DNA of 63,749 nucleotides, filler included, from Octopus bimaculoides (taxonomy: Eukaryota), in the NCBI RefSeq assembly GCF_001194135.2. It is 11 parts of 10 records of this genome, joined end to end, with 100 filler letters (N's around TTAATTAATTAA, not from the genome) between each part and the next. Parts side by side here need not be neighbours in the genome. Positions count along the whole stretch, not along the records: positions 33,129 to 38,386 come from NC_069007.1; positions 38,487 to 46,179 come from NC_068995.1; positions 46,280 to 51,903 come from NC_069003.1; 8 more parts are not named here. One strand, given 5' to 3'. A program made the position numbers and the translations under genes. Shown here one piece after another: positions 37,034-49,829 of the stretch (positions are counted from its first letter, which is position 1; every line of letters starts with the position of its first letter). Below the pieces are notes generated by a model. That model was not told where the DNA came from, searched no databases, and worked only from the letters and a program-made list of their open reading frames with translations.

Positions 37034-37836
37034 GGTGGCAATTTTACCTTCTGCTTATTCTTAGTGCAAACTTTGAAGAGTGCAGTTCGATTTCAACAGT
37101 TATTTTTTCAAAGCTGTAATGGAAGTGACAAAGGAACATATTCAGCATATTTTGCTTTATGAGTTCAATAACGGCAACAACGCAATGGAAAGTGCGAGGA
37201 ATATTAATGCAGTATATGGGAATCAGACAATAAGTGTAAGCCAGTGTCAACGGTGGTTCCAGAAATTCTGAGCTGGAAACTACAGCCAAGAAGACAAGCC
37301 TCATCCTGGAAGATTTGTAGAGCTAGATGAGAACGTCCTGCAAACCATAGTGGAACAAAATCCCATCGTAACTGTTGAAGAACTAGCAGAGAAGCTTGGA
37401 TTTGGACATTCAACCATTTTTCACCACCAGCACTAGAAGAAAAACAACCATCTTTGTTTTCAAAATGAAAGGTGTTCTTCCATCAGGATAATGCTCGTTC
37501 ACATACAGCGAGGATGACATTCCAAAGGCTGGCGCAGTCTGAATGGGAAACGATGTCGCACCCATCATATTCGTCGGATATTGCCCCATCTGATTATCAT
37601 TTATTCCACAGTCTTCAAAATCATTTGGATGGAAAAAATATCAATTCTGTAGATGAGGTCAGAACAGTACTGGAGAAGTATTTTTGAAGAGGAACTTTGC
37701 AAGTCTACCAGATACATGGAAGAACATTGTAGAAAATGAAGGAGAGTATATTTTAGATTTAAAAAGAACTTTGTTAATCTTAATTTTGAAAAATAAAAGG
37801 AGTATAAAAAAGCGCATTATTTATGAGATGACCCAA
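37034..37836 (+). mobile_element. Mariner transposon, internally deleted
   Basis: ATG at 37119 begins MEVTKEHIQHILLYEF..QCQRWFQKF, followed by FFHQDNARSH and HPSYSSDIAPSDYHLFHSLQNHLDG. The right TIR gcattatttatgagatgacccaa is followed by TA. Confidence 0.92.
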
Positions 37837-37961
37837 TATATATATATAAAAAAATATATTCATAAATATATGCTTATATGTACACAGACACACACATACA
37901 TGTGTATGTATGTATATACTGTGTGTGTGTGTGTATATATACATATGTATATGTACATCAT

Positions 37962-38385
37962 CATCATCATCGTTTAATGTCCGCTTTCCATGCTAGCATG
38001 GGTTGGACGATTTGACTGAGGACTGGTGAACCAGATGGCTACAGCAGGCTCCAATCTCATCTGGCAGAGTTCTACAGCTGGATGCCCTTCCTAACGCCAA
38101 CCACTCCGAGAGTGTAGTGGGTGCTTCTTCGTGCCACTGGCACGAAGGCCAGTCAAGTGGTACTGGCAACGGCCACGCTCAAAATGGTGTATTTTACGTG
38201 CCACCCGCACAAGAGCTAGTCCAGGGGCACTGGCAACGATTTCGCTCGAAAGTCCTTAAAGATGCCACAGGCATAAGTGCCAGAAAGGCGACGCTGGGCA
38301 CAGGTGCCATCATGATTTCGCTTTCGCTTGCCCCAACAGGTCTTCGCAAGCTGAGTTTAGTGACCAATGAAGGAAAGGAACGCAT
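37962..38385 (-). mobile_element. 3' end of an RTE-like LINE or derived SINE with (GAT)n tail
   Basis: catcatcatcatcgtttaatgtccgctttccatgctagcatgggttggacg...gatgcccttcctaacgccaac. The same end recurs at about 36449-36485 (+). Confidence 0.65.
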
Positions 38386-38486
38386 ANNNNNNNNNNNNNN
38401 NNNNNNNNNNNNNNNNNNNNNNNNNNNNNNTTAATTAATTAANNNNNNNNNNNNNNNNNNNNNNNNNNNNNNNNNNNNNNNNNNNN

Positions 38487-38523
<37 letters not shown>

Positions 38524-39573
38524 TGTTTATCTGCCTACCTGTCTATATATCTGTATGTCGGTCTGAATCTGAAAGCGACATGGTGTCACTCAATATATTC
38601 TCGGAAGTTAATCTCAGACGATAGTCTTCTAGCCTCTAATATGGCCGGCTATCCAATTTTCCGTCACATCGACAACACGAAAATGCTTGCAATATATCTA
38701 CAGACCAATCTCGTCCAAATACCACGCGTACAAAACGCCAGCTGCATGGTTTTATACACTCATTTGTGCACATGATGCATACTTGCACAACTCTGCAACT
38801 GTTCACATGTCAGTATGTATATGCATACATACACGCATGCATGTATACACACACGACCACCACATAGAAACACTAATTCAGACACCACATTCAATCCAAA
38901 CTCCTCTCTCTCCTTCTTCCTCTCTTCCTCTTTTGCTTTTTTCTTCAGATCTTTCAATGTATGTGTATATGCACGTATGTATATATATATATANNNNNNN
39001 NNNNNNNNNNNNNNNNNNNNNNNNNNNNNNNNNNNNNNNNNNNNNNNNNNNNNNNNNNNNNNNNNNNNNNNNNNNNNNNNNNNNNNNNNNNNNNNNNNNN
39101 NNNNNNNNNNNNNNNNNNNNNNNNNNNNNNNNNNNNNNNNNNNNNNNNNNNNNNNNNNNNNNNNNNNNNNNNNNNNNNNNNNNNNNNNNNNNNNNNNNNN
39201 NNNNNNNNNNNNNNNNNNNNNNNNNNNNNNNNNNNNNNNNNNNNNNNNNNNNNNNNNNNNNNNNNNNNNNNNNNNNNNNNNNNNNNNNNNNNNNNNNNNN
39301 NNNNNNNNNNNNNNNNNNNNNNNNNNNNNNNNNNNNNNNNNNNNNNNNNNNNNNNNNNNNNNNNNNNNNNNNNNNNNNNNNNNNNNNNNNNNNNNNNNNN
39401 NNNNNNNNNNNNNNNNNNNNNNNNNNNNNNNNNNNNNNNNNNNNNNNNNNNNNNNNNNNNNNNNNNNNNNNNNNNNNNNNNNNNNNNNNNNNNNNNNNNN
39501 NNNNNNNNNNNNNNNNNNNNNNNNNNNNNNNNNNNNNNNNNNNNNNNNNNNNNNNNNNNNNNNNNNNNNNNNN

Positions 39574-39622
<49 letters not shown>

Positions 39623-39728
39623 GTATATATACGTATATATATATGTATATATACATAGATTATACGTGTGTATGTATATATATATATATACACACATATA
39701 CACATATAAATATATATGTGTATATATG

Positions 39729-39767
<39 letters not shown>

Positions 39768-40330
39768 GTACATATGCATATATACTCGTATACAATCTAC
39801 ACACATATGTACATTCAGACACATAGGTAGTCCATGCATACCAGAGACCCATATATACATACTTACACATGGCTATATACACCAAAGATATTGAGTTACA
39901 ATGTTCGTGGAAATGTGTGCTTTTTACCAAAGAACACATTCAACATGGCAATATGGCATCATCGGCTTTAATTACCAGAGGGAGGGAGTGAGGTGGAGGA
40001 AGGCTTTACCAGTTGCTTAGCAACAACTTGGACTTGTACTTCATGTCAACAGTTTGCCTTTGTGTGTTTCGTTGTGTGTGTATGTGTGCGTACCTATGAT
40101 GATGTGTGTATATGTCTGCATGTATGTATGTATGTTTGTACAAATGTATGAGGTATGTATGTAGTTATGAAGTATGTATGCATGTGTGTACGATGTATCT
40201 ATGTATGTAAGTACATTTACACACAAACACAAATATATATATACACACACACACATGTGTACATATACACGCATATCCGTATGTTATTTACGTTCTTTGA
40301 GTTCCTTATATGGCTGTGTATGTATGCATG

Positions 40331-40381
<51 letters not shown>

Positions 40382-41039
40382 CTATATATATATGTATATT
40401 TTAGATATATATTCATGTAACTATACAAATCGTGTGTGTGTATGTGTGCGCGCACGCATACATGTCTTACGTATTACAGTTATTCGCCTTGTTTGAGTTT
40501 ATTTTCTTGACCGGAAGTAGATAGTGGTATATGTGAATTAACGGTAAACAACAGCCATCTTAGATTTTAGACGACTGAAAGCTTACTGCCTACTAAAGCT
40601 TGCTTTTACCATTCAGCCAAGGAATAAAATGATAGTTGCTTCCACCGACAGGCTGCTCATTTGCATGGCGGAGCGTATAGGCGATCAAATATAACCTAGA
40701 GCATGGTTACTTTCTTATTCTGATGTGCGCCGGAAAACGACCACTTAAACGTTAGTTGAAATCAGAGTGGAAGGGTGACTAAATATTGCAGAACATAGTA
40801 CAATGCTCTAAAATCGGTGGAGCATTGTAAAACGCTTTACCGATTTTCAAACCCTGCTGTCTTTAAATTGTGGAAAATAATATTAGGTCCAAAACTGAAT
40901 TAGATAGGCTAATTACATTCTCAATGACGCTCATTCGTCATCACCACCATCGCCGCCGCCGCCACTGACAATCTCTGTTGAATATTTCGTTGACCATCTG
41001 TCGTATGATTAAATGTTTGGTCCATTTACCACCTTCGTT

Positions 41040-41405
41040 AAAAGTGCAGTTCAACAATAAACACCTTCACTCAATTATTTAATTCTTTAACAAACATTCT
41101 CACCCGAAATAACGTTTTTACTAGACGTCTTGACCAGCAACAACCATCACTCAAGTATCTAGTTCACAAACAACCCTCACTCAAATATTTGGTTCACCAA
41201 CAAACAGTCTCATTCAAATATTTGGTCCGTTAACAAACAACTTCACTCAAATATTTAGTTCACTAACAAATATCTCGACTCAAATCATCTGTCTCACTGA
41301 GAAATAACCTCACTCAGGTTTCTGGTTCATCAACAAAGCTCACGAAAATATTTTAGTTCACCACCGAACGCCTCCACTCAAATAACTAGTTCACCAACAA
41401 ACACT
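41040..41405. repeat. Degenerate 30-34-bp (modal 33-bp) minisatellite
   Basis: At least 8 units resembling cactcaaatatttagttcaccaacaaacaacct. Confidence 0.85.
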
Positions 41406-41713
41406 CTTAATCTAATAAAAAAAATAAAACAGAATGAAATAAAATAGAAAGATTAAAGAAAAAAAAGGAGAGAAATTTAAAGAAAGAGATCTGGGAAGCG
41501 GGGGAGTGGAAGATAAAATCGAGTTGTGTAAGATGGTAATATGTGCGAGAATTTAAGAAATGATAGAGGAAGCGGGTGGAAAGATAAATGGTTAACTTGT
41601 GTGCTATTGGGGTAGGGGAGAAATTGGTAATAGAGCTGATACGTAATATACACACAAATATATATATACATTAGTTTTAGTTTCATTTATATATGTATGT
41701 GTGTGTATGTATC

Positions 41714-41777
<64 letters not shown>

Positions 41778-42521
41778 NNNNNNNNNNNNNNNNNNNNNNN
41801 NNNNNNNNNNNNNNNNNNNNNNNNNNNNNNNNNNNNNNNNNNNNNNNNNNNNNNNNNNNNNNNNNNNNNNNNNNNNNNNNNNNNNNNNNNNNNNNNNNNN
41901 NNNNNNNNNNNNNNNNNNNNNNNNNNNNNNNNNNNNNNNNNNNNNNNNNNNNNNNNNNNNNNNNNNNNNNNNNNNNNNNNNNNNNNNNNNNNNNNNNNNN
42001 NNNNNNNNNNNNNNNNNNNNNNNNNNNNNNNNNNNNNNNNNGCACATACATACACACGCGTATATATATGTATGTATTTATATGTATGTGTATACAGCTC
42101 GTCTACAGCCAGACTCAATATATTTAATGTAGGACAAAACTGATAGACGTTTTGATACTCGCCATACTTTACGTCTATGGCACAACTATCAGGTCTTTAA
42201 AGTAACAACTCGGTCTTTTGATTAGAAGAATTACAAAACCTGGTTTTTAATGGAGATAGCAGCGATGCTTCAAAGAAACTCCCATTAATTGTGTATCTCA
42301 ACAGAGAATACTAAGGGACACAGGGAGAATAAGGACAAACACAAAACCGACAACAACAATAAAAAACAAACAATGCAAATAACAACCAACACGAGGTTGA
42401 CGCCGTCAGGGATAGTTTATGTGAACGCTTGGCTAGAAATTACAATGGAATCTCTCACAAATCATCCTTTTGTCAGCTTAAAAAAAAAATGGCGGACGTG
42501 CCAGATGATGAAGTACTGGAT

Positions 42522-42839
42522 CAGTGGTTCCCAACCGGATCTTGGGGTTCATATAAAATGTTTTGGGGTCCACAAAGTAGTAAACTAGGTCCCCAGTAGT
42601 ATTTCAAGGGTTCGTGAAAAAAATGATACTTTAGGTTTATTTATTGCAAGAAACAGCAAGGTTTCTTTTTCTAATGTTTTACAAAGCTGAACCTACACAA
42701 GAGACAAAGAAAATAGGAATTTTGAGAGAAGTATAAAACTAGTTTTGGACATCGAATGGCCAGGGGTGGGACTCCACGAGATTGAAATAGTAATCAAAGG
42801 GATCCGTATATATAAAAAAAAAATGGTTGACAACCACTC
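42522..42839. mobile_element. hAT (Charlie-like) MITE
   Basis: TIRs cagtggttcccaacc and ggttgacaaccactc; the right TSD is cut by a gap. Confidence 0.7.
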
Positions 42840-43498
42840 TANNNNNNNNNNNNNNNNNNNNNNNNNNNNNNNNNNNNNNNNNNNNNNNNNNNNNNNNNNN
42901 NNNNNNNNNNNNNNNNNNNNNNNNNNNNNNNNNNNNNNNNNNNNNNNNNNNNNNNNNNNNNNNNNNNNNNNNNNNNNNNNNNNNNNNNNNNNNNNNNNNN
43001 NNNNNNNNNNNNNNNNNNNNNNNNNNNNNNNNNNNNNNNNNNNNNNNNNNNNNNNNNNNNNNNNNNNNNNNNNNNNNNNNNNNNNNNNNNNNNNNNNNNN
43101 NNNNNNNNNNNNNNNNNNNNNNNNNNNNNNNNNNNNNNNNNNNNNNNNNNNNNNNNNNNNNNNNNNNNNNNNNNNNNNNNNNNNNNNNNNNNNNNNNNNN
43201 NNNNNNNNNNNNNNNNNNNNNNNNNNNNNNNNNNNNNNNNNNNNNNNNNNNNNNNNNNNNNNNNNNNNNNNNNNNNNNNNNNNNNNNNNNNNNNNNNNNN
43301 NNNNNNNNNNNNNNNNNNNNNNNNNNNNNNNNNNNNNNNNNNNNNNNNNNNNNNNNNNNNNNNNNNNNNNNNNNNNNNNNNNNNNNNNNNNNNNNNNNNN
43401 NNNNNNNNNNNNNNNNNNNNNNNNNNNNNNNNNNNNNNNNNNNNNNNNNNNNNNNNNNNNNNNNNNNNNNNNNNNNNNNNNNNNNNNNNNNNNNNNNN

Positions 43499-43560
<62 letters not shown>

Positions 43561-43989
43561 CAGGCATGTACGTATGTATTGTACAAAAGGTAAAATGTGT
43601 TCGTGTATACCACCTCCCCTGTTTTCAGAAGTGTATATATACCCACATACAATGCTGCAAGTGACGGGTTACATATTTTTATAAATAACCCGTAATTCTT
43701 GAAAAGTTAAAGAGTATTTTTGACTCCAGGTGGAAATCTGACATTTGAAGAACAATCCTGGCAGTGTTATATATGCTTGGTCATCATGAAAGGTCATCAC
43801 AGTTTGGTAAGACCAGCAGCATTTTATATATTAAAATGGTAGATACTAAATGATGTTAATTAGTATAGGTGTTAATTTAGTTTTATCCAGTTTTAATTAA
43901 GAGCCTTGTTGTATGTAGCGTCGGTCATCGGTTTGTGGGAGTTCGTGAGGAAGCGTGTTTTCGGAGTATTTCTCTTTTCGCTATTGTCT

Positions 43990-44515
43990 TTTACTTGTTT
44001 CAGTCATTAGACTGCGGCCATGCTGGGGCACCGCCTTGAGGAATTTTTAGTCGAACGAATCGATTCCAGTAATTATTTTTTGTTCTTAAACCTGATACTT
44101 AATCTATCGGTCTCTTTGGGCGAAGCGCTAGATAACGTGGACGTAAACACACCAACACCGGTTGTCAAGTTGTCAAGCAGTGGAGACACGACGAGCTTCT
44201 TTCTGTTTCCGTCTACCGAATCCATTCACAAGACTTTGGTCGGCTCTAGGCTATAGTAGGAAACATGCGCTATGATGGATCGCTGAAATCTACTAGTTTT
44301 TTCATTCTCTCTTTGTTCATTTCCTCTTTTTCCTTTCTGTTGAAGAGCGTAGGCTCGAAACGTAAAAGACTTTTTCATTTTTCATAAACCTGTCTCTGTC
44401 TTTTGTTTTTCTTTAAATTTCAACTATATTAGGAGACACTTGGCCAAGGCTCCATGCAGTGGGACTGAACCCAGAACCATTAGGTTCGGAAGCAAACTTC
44501 TTACCACACGGCCAC
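43990..44515 (-). mobile_element. tRNA-derived SINE interrupted by a probable Penelope LTR-like piece (about 44265-44430)
   Basis: SINE halves lie at 43990-44260 and 44435-44515. The insert contains tgaagagcgtaggctcgaaacgt. Confidence 0.65.
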
Positions 44516-44703
44516 ATCAGCTATGTGAGAAGATTTGGTAGATGGAAACTGTGTGGAAGTCCGTCATACATATATATATATGTGTGTTGTATATATACAT
44601 ATATACATGTGTGTGTGTGTGTGTNNNNNNNNNNNNNNNNNNNNNNNNNNNNNNNNNNNNNNNNNNNNNTATACATACATATATATGTATATATATACAT
44701 ATA

Positions 44704-44749
<46 letters not shown>

Positions 44750-45306
44750 CGCTTCTGTTTAGGATTTACCGATGCGAAACGCAATACTAAAAGTAGAACC
44801 AAATTTCTAGTGAAATTCGTTTTGAGTGGGACTTCCCAATTTCGCTTATAGCTATGAATAAGTCTCCAAGCAAAACCTTTAAGTACCACTGAATATGTCT
44901 CTTTTACATGTTTTTTTTCCTTTTTTACGGGCAAAATTTTCAGCGCTTTAATCCATCTTGTTTCATGGATGACCGTCAATTTGCCTTTGTAAGCTCATAT
45001 TTGCTGGAGCTTATCTCTCTCCCCTCCTCTCCTTTCTCGTCACCACACTTATAGATTACCGAAAGCCTTCCTGCTACTGCTAACCCCACATTTGACATAA
45101 GATCCTGTAGCATATTTCTGTTGACGAATCTAACGGTTCTCATTAGAAGATTTATATTTCCAGGAAACAATTATTTTACTCCATCTAATACAGTTAAGCG
45201 ACTACATCCGTTAATATCACCTTTGGGCTATTTTCAAATAACTTTGACGCAGCTCAAGTAATTTTATTATTTTTAATCCTAATATAACGAAATAAAATTC
45301 TTTTTA

Positions 45307-45634
45307 TTACCTCCGCATTAGCGAAGGCGGAAGTATTGTTTTCAGTCGTGTTTGTTTGTCCTCGGACAAGATATCTCAAGAACCGCTGGATGGATTCGGA
45401 TGAAACTTTCAGGGATGTTTGGCTTCGTGATTGGCACGAGCTGATTAGATTTTTGGATCGATCCGATACCGGACAAGGATAGTGGATTATGTTTCCTGTT
45501 TTTTTTTTTTACTGAATTCTTGAGAGCGGTCGAGTTTATTTCAGATATTCTCATTTTAACAATCATCTCCGGCAAATCATTGAGAGAACGTTGGTATTGC
45601 CTTGGTGGAGGTTTGCGCTCTCTGAGTGCTCTTG
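45307..45634 (+). mobile_element. Helentron-associated non-autonomous element (HINE/DINE-like)
   Basis: The 5' subterminal ttacctccgc has a nearby partner gcggaag. The 3' end has ccttggtggaggt followed by a short hairpin gcgctctctgagtgc. Flanks are T-rich, with no TSD and no ORF. Confidence 0.6.
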
Positions 45635-45976
45635 CTTATTATTATTTTCATATTTGCGTTTTGTATCTATACGTTTCCAAGCGATGACGAAATTCGACCA
45701 CCTAGGACGTGGTGATAAAGGCTGCGAAACGGCTGTAACCCTAAGGATGTCAAGGGGGTTAAATAAATGTATTCATCTCTCATACCACCTGACTTTTTAA
45801 GGGTCATATATATACTTTTCGTCAAATAATTCCTGCGATCGAATCTCCTGGATTTCAGGTGCATGGACACTCTAATTTATACTCCTCCATATTGGTTTAC
45901 TGTGAAGTCTAATAGCTGGGTTCATTACAAGAGCTTTCTTTGATAGCCACAGGATTCTGTGAATCTATATATTACA

Positions 45977-46010
<34 letters not shown>

Positions 46011-46050
46011 ATATATATGTGAGTAGGGGGCATATGAGTGTTTGTGTATG

Positions 46051-46090
<40 letters not shown>

Positions 46091-47359
46091 TACATAAATG
46101 TATATATATATATATGTATATGTATATATATATATTATATACATAAATATTTATATAAGCATGAATATATATATATATANNNNNNNNNNNNNNNNNNNNN
46201 NNNNNNNNNNNNNNNNNNNNNNNTTAATTAATTAANNNNNNNNNNNNNNNNNNNNNNNNNNNNNNNNNNNNNNNNNNNNGTATATGTATGTATATGTATA
46301 TATATGCATATATATATGTGTGTGTATGCAGATATGTATGTATGCAAATATGTATATACCTGTGTATGTATGTATGTGTGTTTGTATATGTATGTATATG
46401 TATATATATGCATACATGTGTGTGTATATATATACTTGCGTGTGTGCGTATATGTATGTAGTTATATGTACACACACACACATATATATATAAATCCGAG
46501 AGCCATCTGTATCAAAGATTATTGTGCAGGAACATAGCTAACAGGGACAAAAAGCTGATAACAGACTCTGCCACTAGATTCACTATAAAGCAAAGAAATA
46601 GCTATAAATCATAATATAATTATAGATCATACTATCTAGATTTATGTAAACCATATATCACCAATAAAGACTACAAACAATTTTCTAAGTAACCATAAAA
46701 TGTACATTAATTAATCGGAATTGGATTGAACGAGATGTTAGCCAATGTATTTTTGACTTTCATCAAAGAGTCATACCTCTTCCATTATGGGACAATAGTG
46801 TATTCGTTATAAAATGGTTTGGCGGTTTTGCTAAAAAAACACCGGAGCAAATTTTAGGAATTGTCATGATAAAATCGTATCCTTCTGTAACTAAATTCCT
46901 TTGCGAGAAAAGCATTAGTTTTCACCAATCATGTCGTTTAATCCAGTGGCTCTGACATGACAACTAACATGCACGCAAGAAAATCATTGTTATTTTTTGA
47001 CAACTCATTTTGGATTAAAAAAAAAAAGAAAAAATAACGAACAACTGATGTTTATACACGAGGACATGATGGAGCTGCTTTCTGAAAATATTGTTATTGT
47101 TCATATTTTTCTTTATTTAATAAAATGTTATCCCTTCATGGAGGGTGATTTATAACGGAAACATGTTTTGATATTTCTCGTAATATAAACATCCATTAAT
47201 TAGGGTTGGAGATGAGCTTACCAATGTACATAAAAAATTAGACCTACAAATTATGGATAATACTAACCTTAGTTGACGTCATAAGAATGTAGAAACTTCG
47301 AGAGAACTGAAATAATTTGTGTTTAACTCTAGAAATCGAAGTAGATAAATTGTTTTTCT

Positions 47360-47550
47360 AATATTTTGACACAAGGCGAGCAATTTTTCTGCGAAGGAGA
47401 AGTCGATTAAAAGGTCCTTTTTTTATTGACCCAGAAAAGATGAAAATTAATGTAGACCTTGGTGACATTTTGACGCAGAGCGTAAATCCGGAATAGATGC
47501 TGCTAAGCAGTTTGTCCGGCGTACAGACGATTATAGCAGCTCGCCGCTCT
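47360..47550 (-). mobile_element. Diverged tRNA-derived SINE
   Basis: gacacaaggcgagcaattt...ttattgacccagaaaagatgaaa...ctaagcagtttgtccggcg...cagctcgccgc. Confidence 0.7.
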
Positions 47551-48364
47551 TTTAAATAGAAAAAGTAGAAGTGAACTTGTAGGTCACGAACCCACATCTG
47601 TAAACATGACAAGTGTTCCACTACTGGATCAAAGCAGTTTTCGAAAGTCTCTATATTTTATGAGCTTTTTTGTCTGAAGTTAAGAATGAATTATTTCACT
47701 TATCTTAGTGTTCTTATCTTTCTGGATATCGCCTTAAGACACTGAAAAATATCTAGTTAACACTTAAATGCTAATAAACATTGTCCCTGTATAAAACCCA
47801 ACGAGAATTTCCAGTACATCAAAAAGAATAATTATACACCAACTTTGATCTAACAAGGAGAGTAAAGAACAACTAATATCTGGTATATCAATCAACGAGA
47901 CCTATATGAATAGTACCGCAGCGTAATACGTTGATGCATTAAAAAAATAGCGGTCTCTTTGATGAAAGCTATTATGTAAAGGATAATAATAGCATTTATG
48001 ACAATAAATGTAAGAAACATTTTATTGTCATTTATTTGTTTTAACAATTCCAACAATTAAACTATTAAATTTCGTCATCAAAGATAAATCAATAATTAAT
48101 TTTTCAAAGATAATATCTTGTAATTACATCGCCTCACCACCATAACTTCTCAAATATATTAACGAAAGGAAGTATTTTATTACATATTGATTGTATTATC
48201 AATTAATTACTACTGGCGTTGGCATGTTACTTATTTACGATATGTTGTTCAAAAATAAATTATTTTACTATTTAATCAGTTGGATCAGTTTGTATAACTA
48301 CAATAATTATTCTGTCAATGTGAAACGTGTTTTGAAATATTGCAGCTAAGTAAATTCTGTTGTT

Positions 48365-48575
48365 CTTTTATGTTATTCCAGTTATTAGACTGCGGTGATG
48401 CTGGGACACCGCCTTGGAGTATTTGGTCGAACAAATCGACTACAGAACTTCATCATTGGGTTTTTAGATTTGGTAGATATTCTATCTTTTTGCCAAAAGT
48501 GATAGAGACATAACGAAACCAACACTTAATGTTAAGTGGTGGTAGAGAACAATCAAGAGCAGACATACCCGTAGT

Positions 48576-48632
<57 letters not shown>

Positions 48633-48905
48633 TTGTCTGTCTGTGTAGCTGCCTGCCTGCCTGTCTGTCTGCCTACCTACCTACCTACCTACCTACCAAC
48701 CTACCTACATACGTACATGCATACATACATACATACATACATACATACACACTTACATACATACACACATACATACATACATACGTACATACATACATAC
48801 ATTCCAGATTCCGCCTACCACATCCACTCATGAGTCTTTGGTCGATCTGAGGCAATAATAGTGCCCATGGTGTCACGCAGTGGGACAAAAGCCGGAAACA
48901 TGTAC
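48365..48905 (-). mobile_element. tRNA-derived SINE split by an approximately 230-bp compound microsatellite
   Basis: SINE 3' half at 48365-48545. (TCTA)n(CCTA)n(TACA)n at 48575-48800. The SINE 5' half continues to gtcacgcagtgggac. Confidence 0.75.
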
Positions 48906-49098
48906 ATGGGTAGCAAAACTCCACGCAAACACATACACAGCGACACAGAGATGTCATTCTCGGAAGCAATAGGTAAGTGTGCGTGTATGAGTGTGTGAAT
49001 AACGGAGAAAGTTTAAACTTAGAAAGCAGACTCACATCTCACGTTACCATTTTTCATTTTCTGTATGTACGTGGGATTTTGTGCGTGTACATGTGTGT

Positions 49099-49141
<43 letters not shown>

Positions 49142-49221
49142 TGTGTATCCTTTATCCTTTTCGGCACTGGACCTGTGGCGATGCTGGTGCACTGCAATTG
49201 AATACACACACACACACACAC

Positions 49222-49273
<52 letters not shown>

Positions 49274-49829
49274 NNNNNNNNNNNNNNNNNNNNNNNNNNN
49301 NNNNNNNNNNNNNNNNNNNNNNNNNNNNNNNNNNNNNNNNNNNNNNNNNNNNNNNNNNNNNNNNNNNNNNNNNNNNNNNNNNNNNNNNNNNNNNNNNNNN
49401 NNNNNNNNNNNNNNNNNNNNNNNNNNNNNNNNNNNNNNNNNNNNNNNNNNNNNNNNNNNNNNNNNNNNNNNNNNNNNNNNNNNNNNNNNNNNNNNNNNNN
49501 NNNNNNNNNNNNNNNNNNNNNNNNNNNNNNNNNNNNNNNNNNNNNNNNNNNNNNNNNNNNNNNNNNNNNNNNNNNNNNNNNNNNNNNNNNNNNNNNNNNN
49601 NNNNNNNNNNNNNNNNNNNNNNNNNNNNNNNNNNNNNNNNNNNNNNNNNNNNNNNNNNNNNNNNNNNNNNNNNNNNNNNNNNNNNNNNNNNNNNNNNNNN
49701 NNNNNNNATATATAAATATATATATATATATAATATGGCGAAAAATCGTTGTCCGTCACACCCAAATGGGATAGCGGGTGAGTTTTCTCGCTTGTCCATA
49801 ATTTTAAGGTGTTTTAACATCGGCGACAT

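Noticed and set aside
45737-45745. TAACCCTAA, a possible telomerase RNA template
   Set aside because: A single 9-mer is unremarkable in 64 kb, and I see no convincing adjacent pseudoknot, CR4/5 or H/ACA elements.
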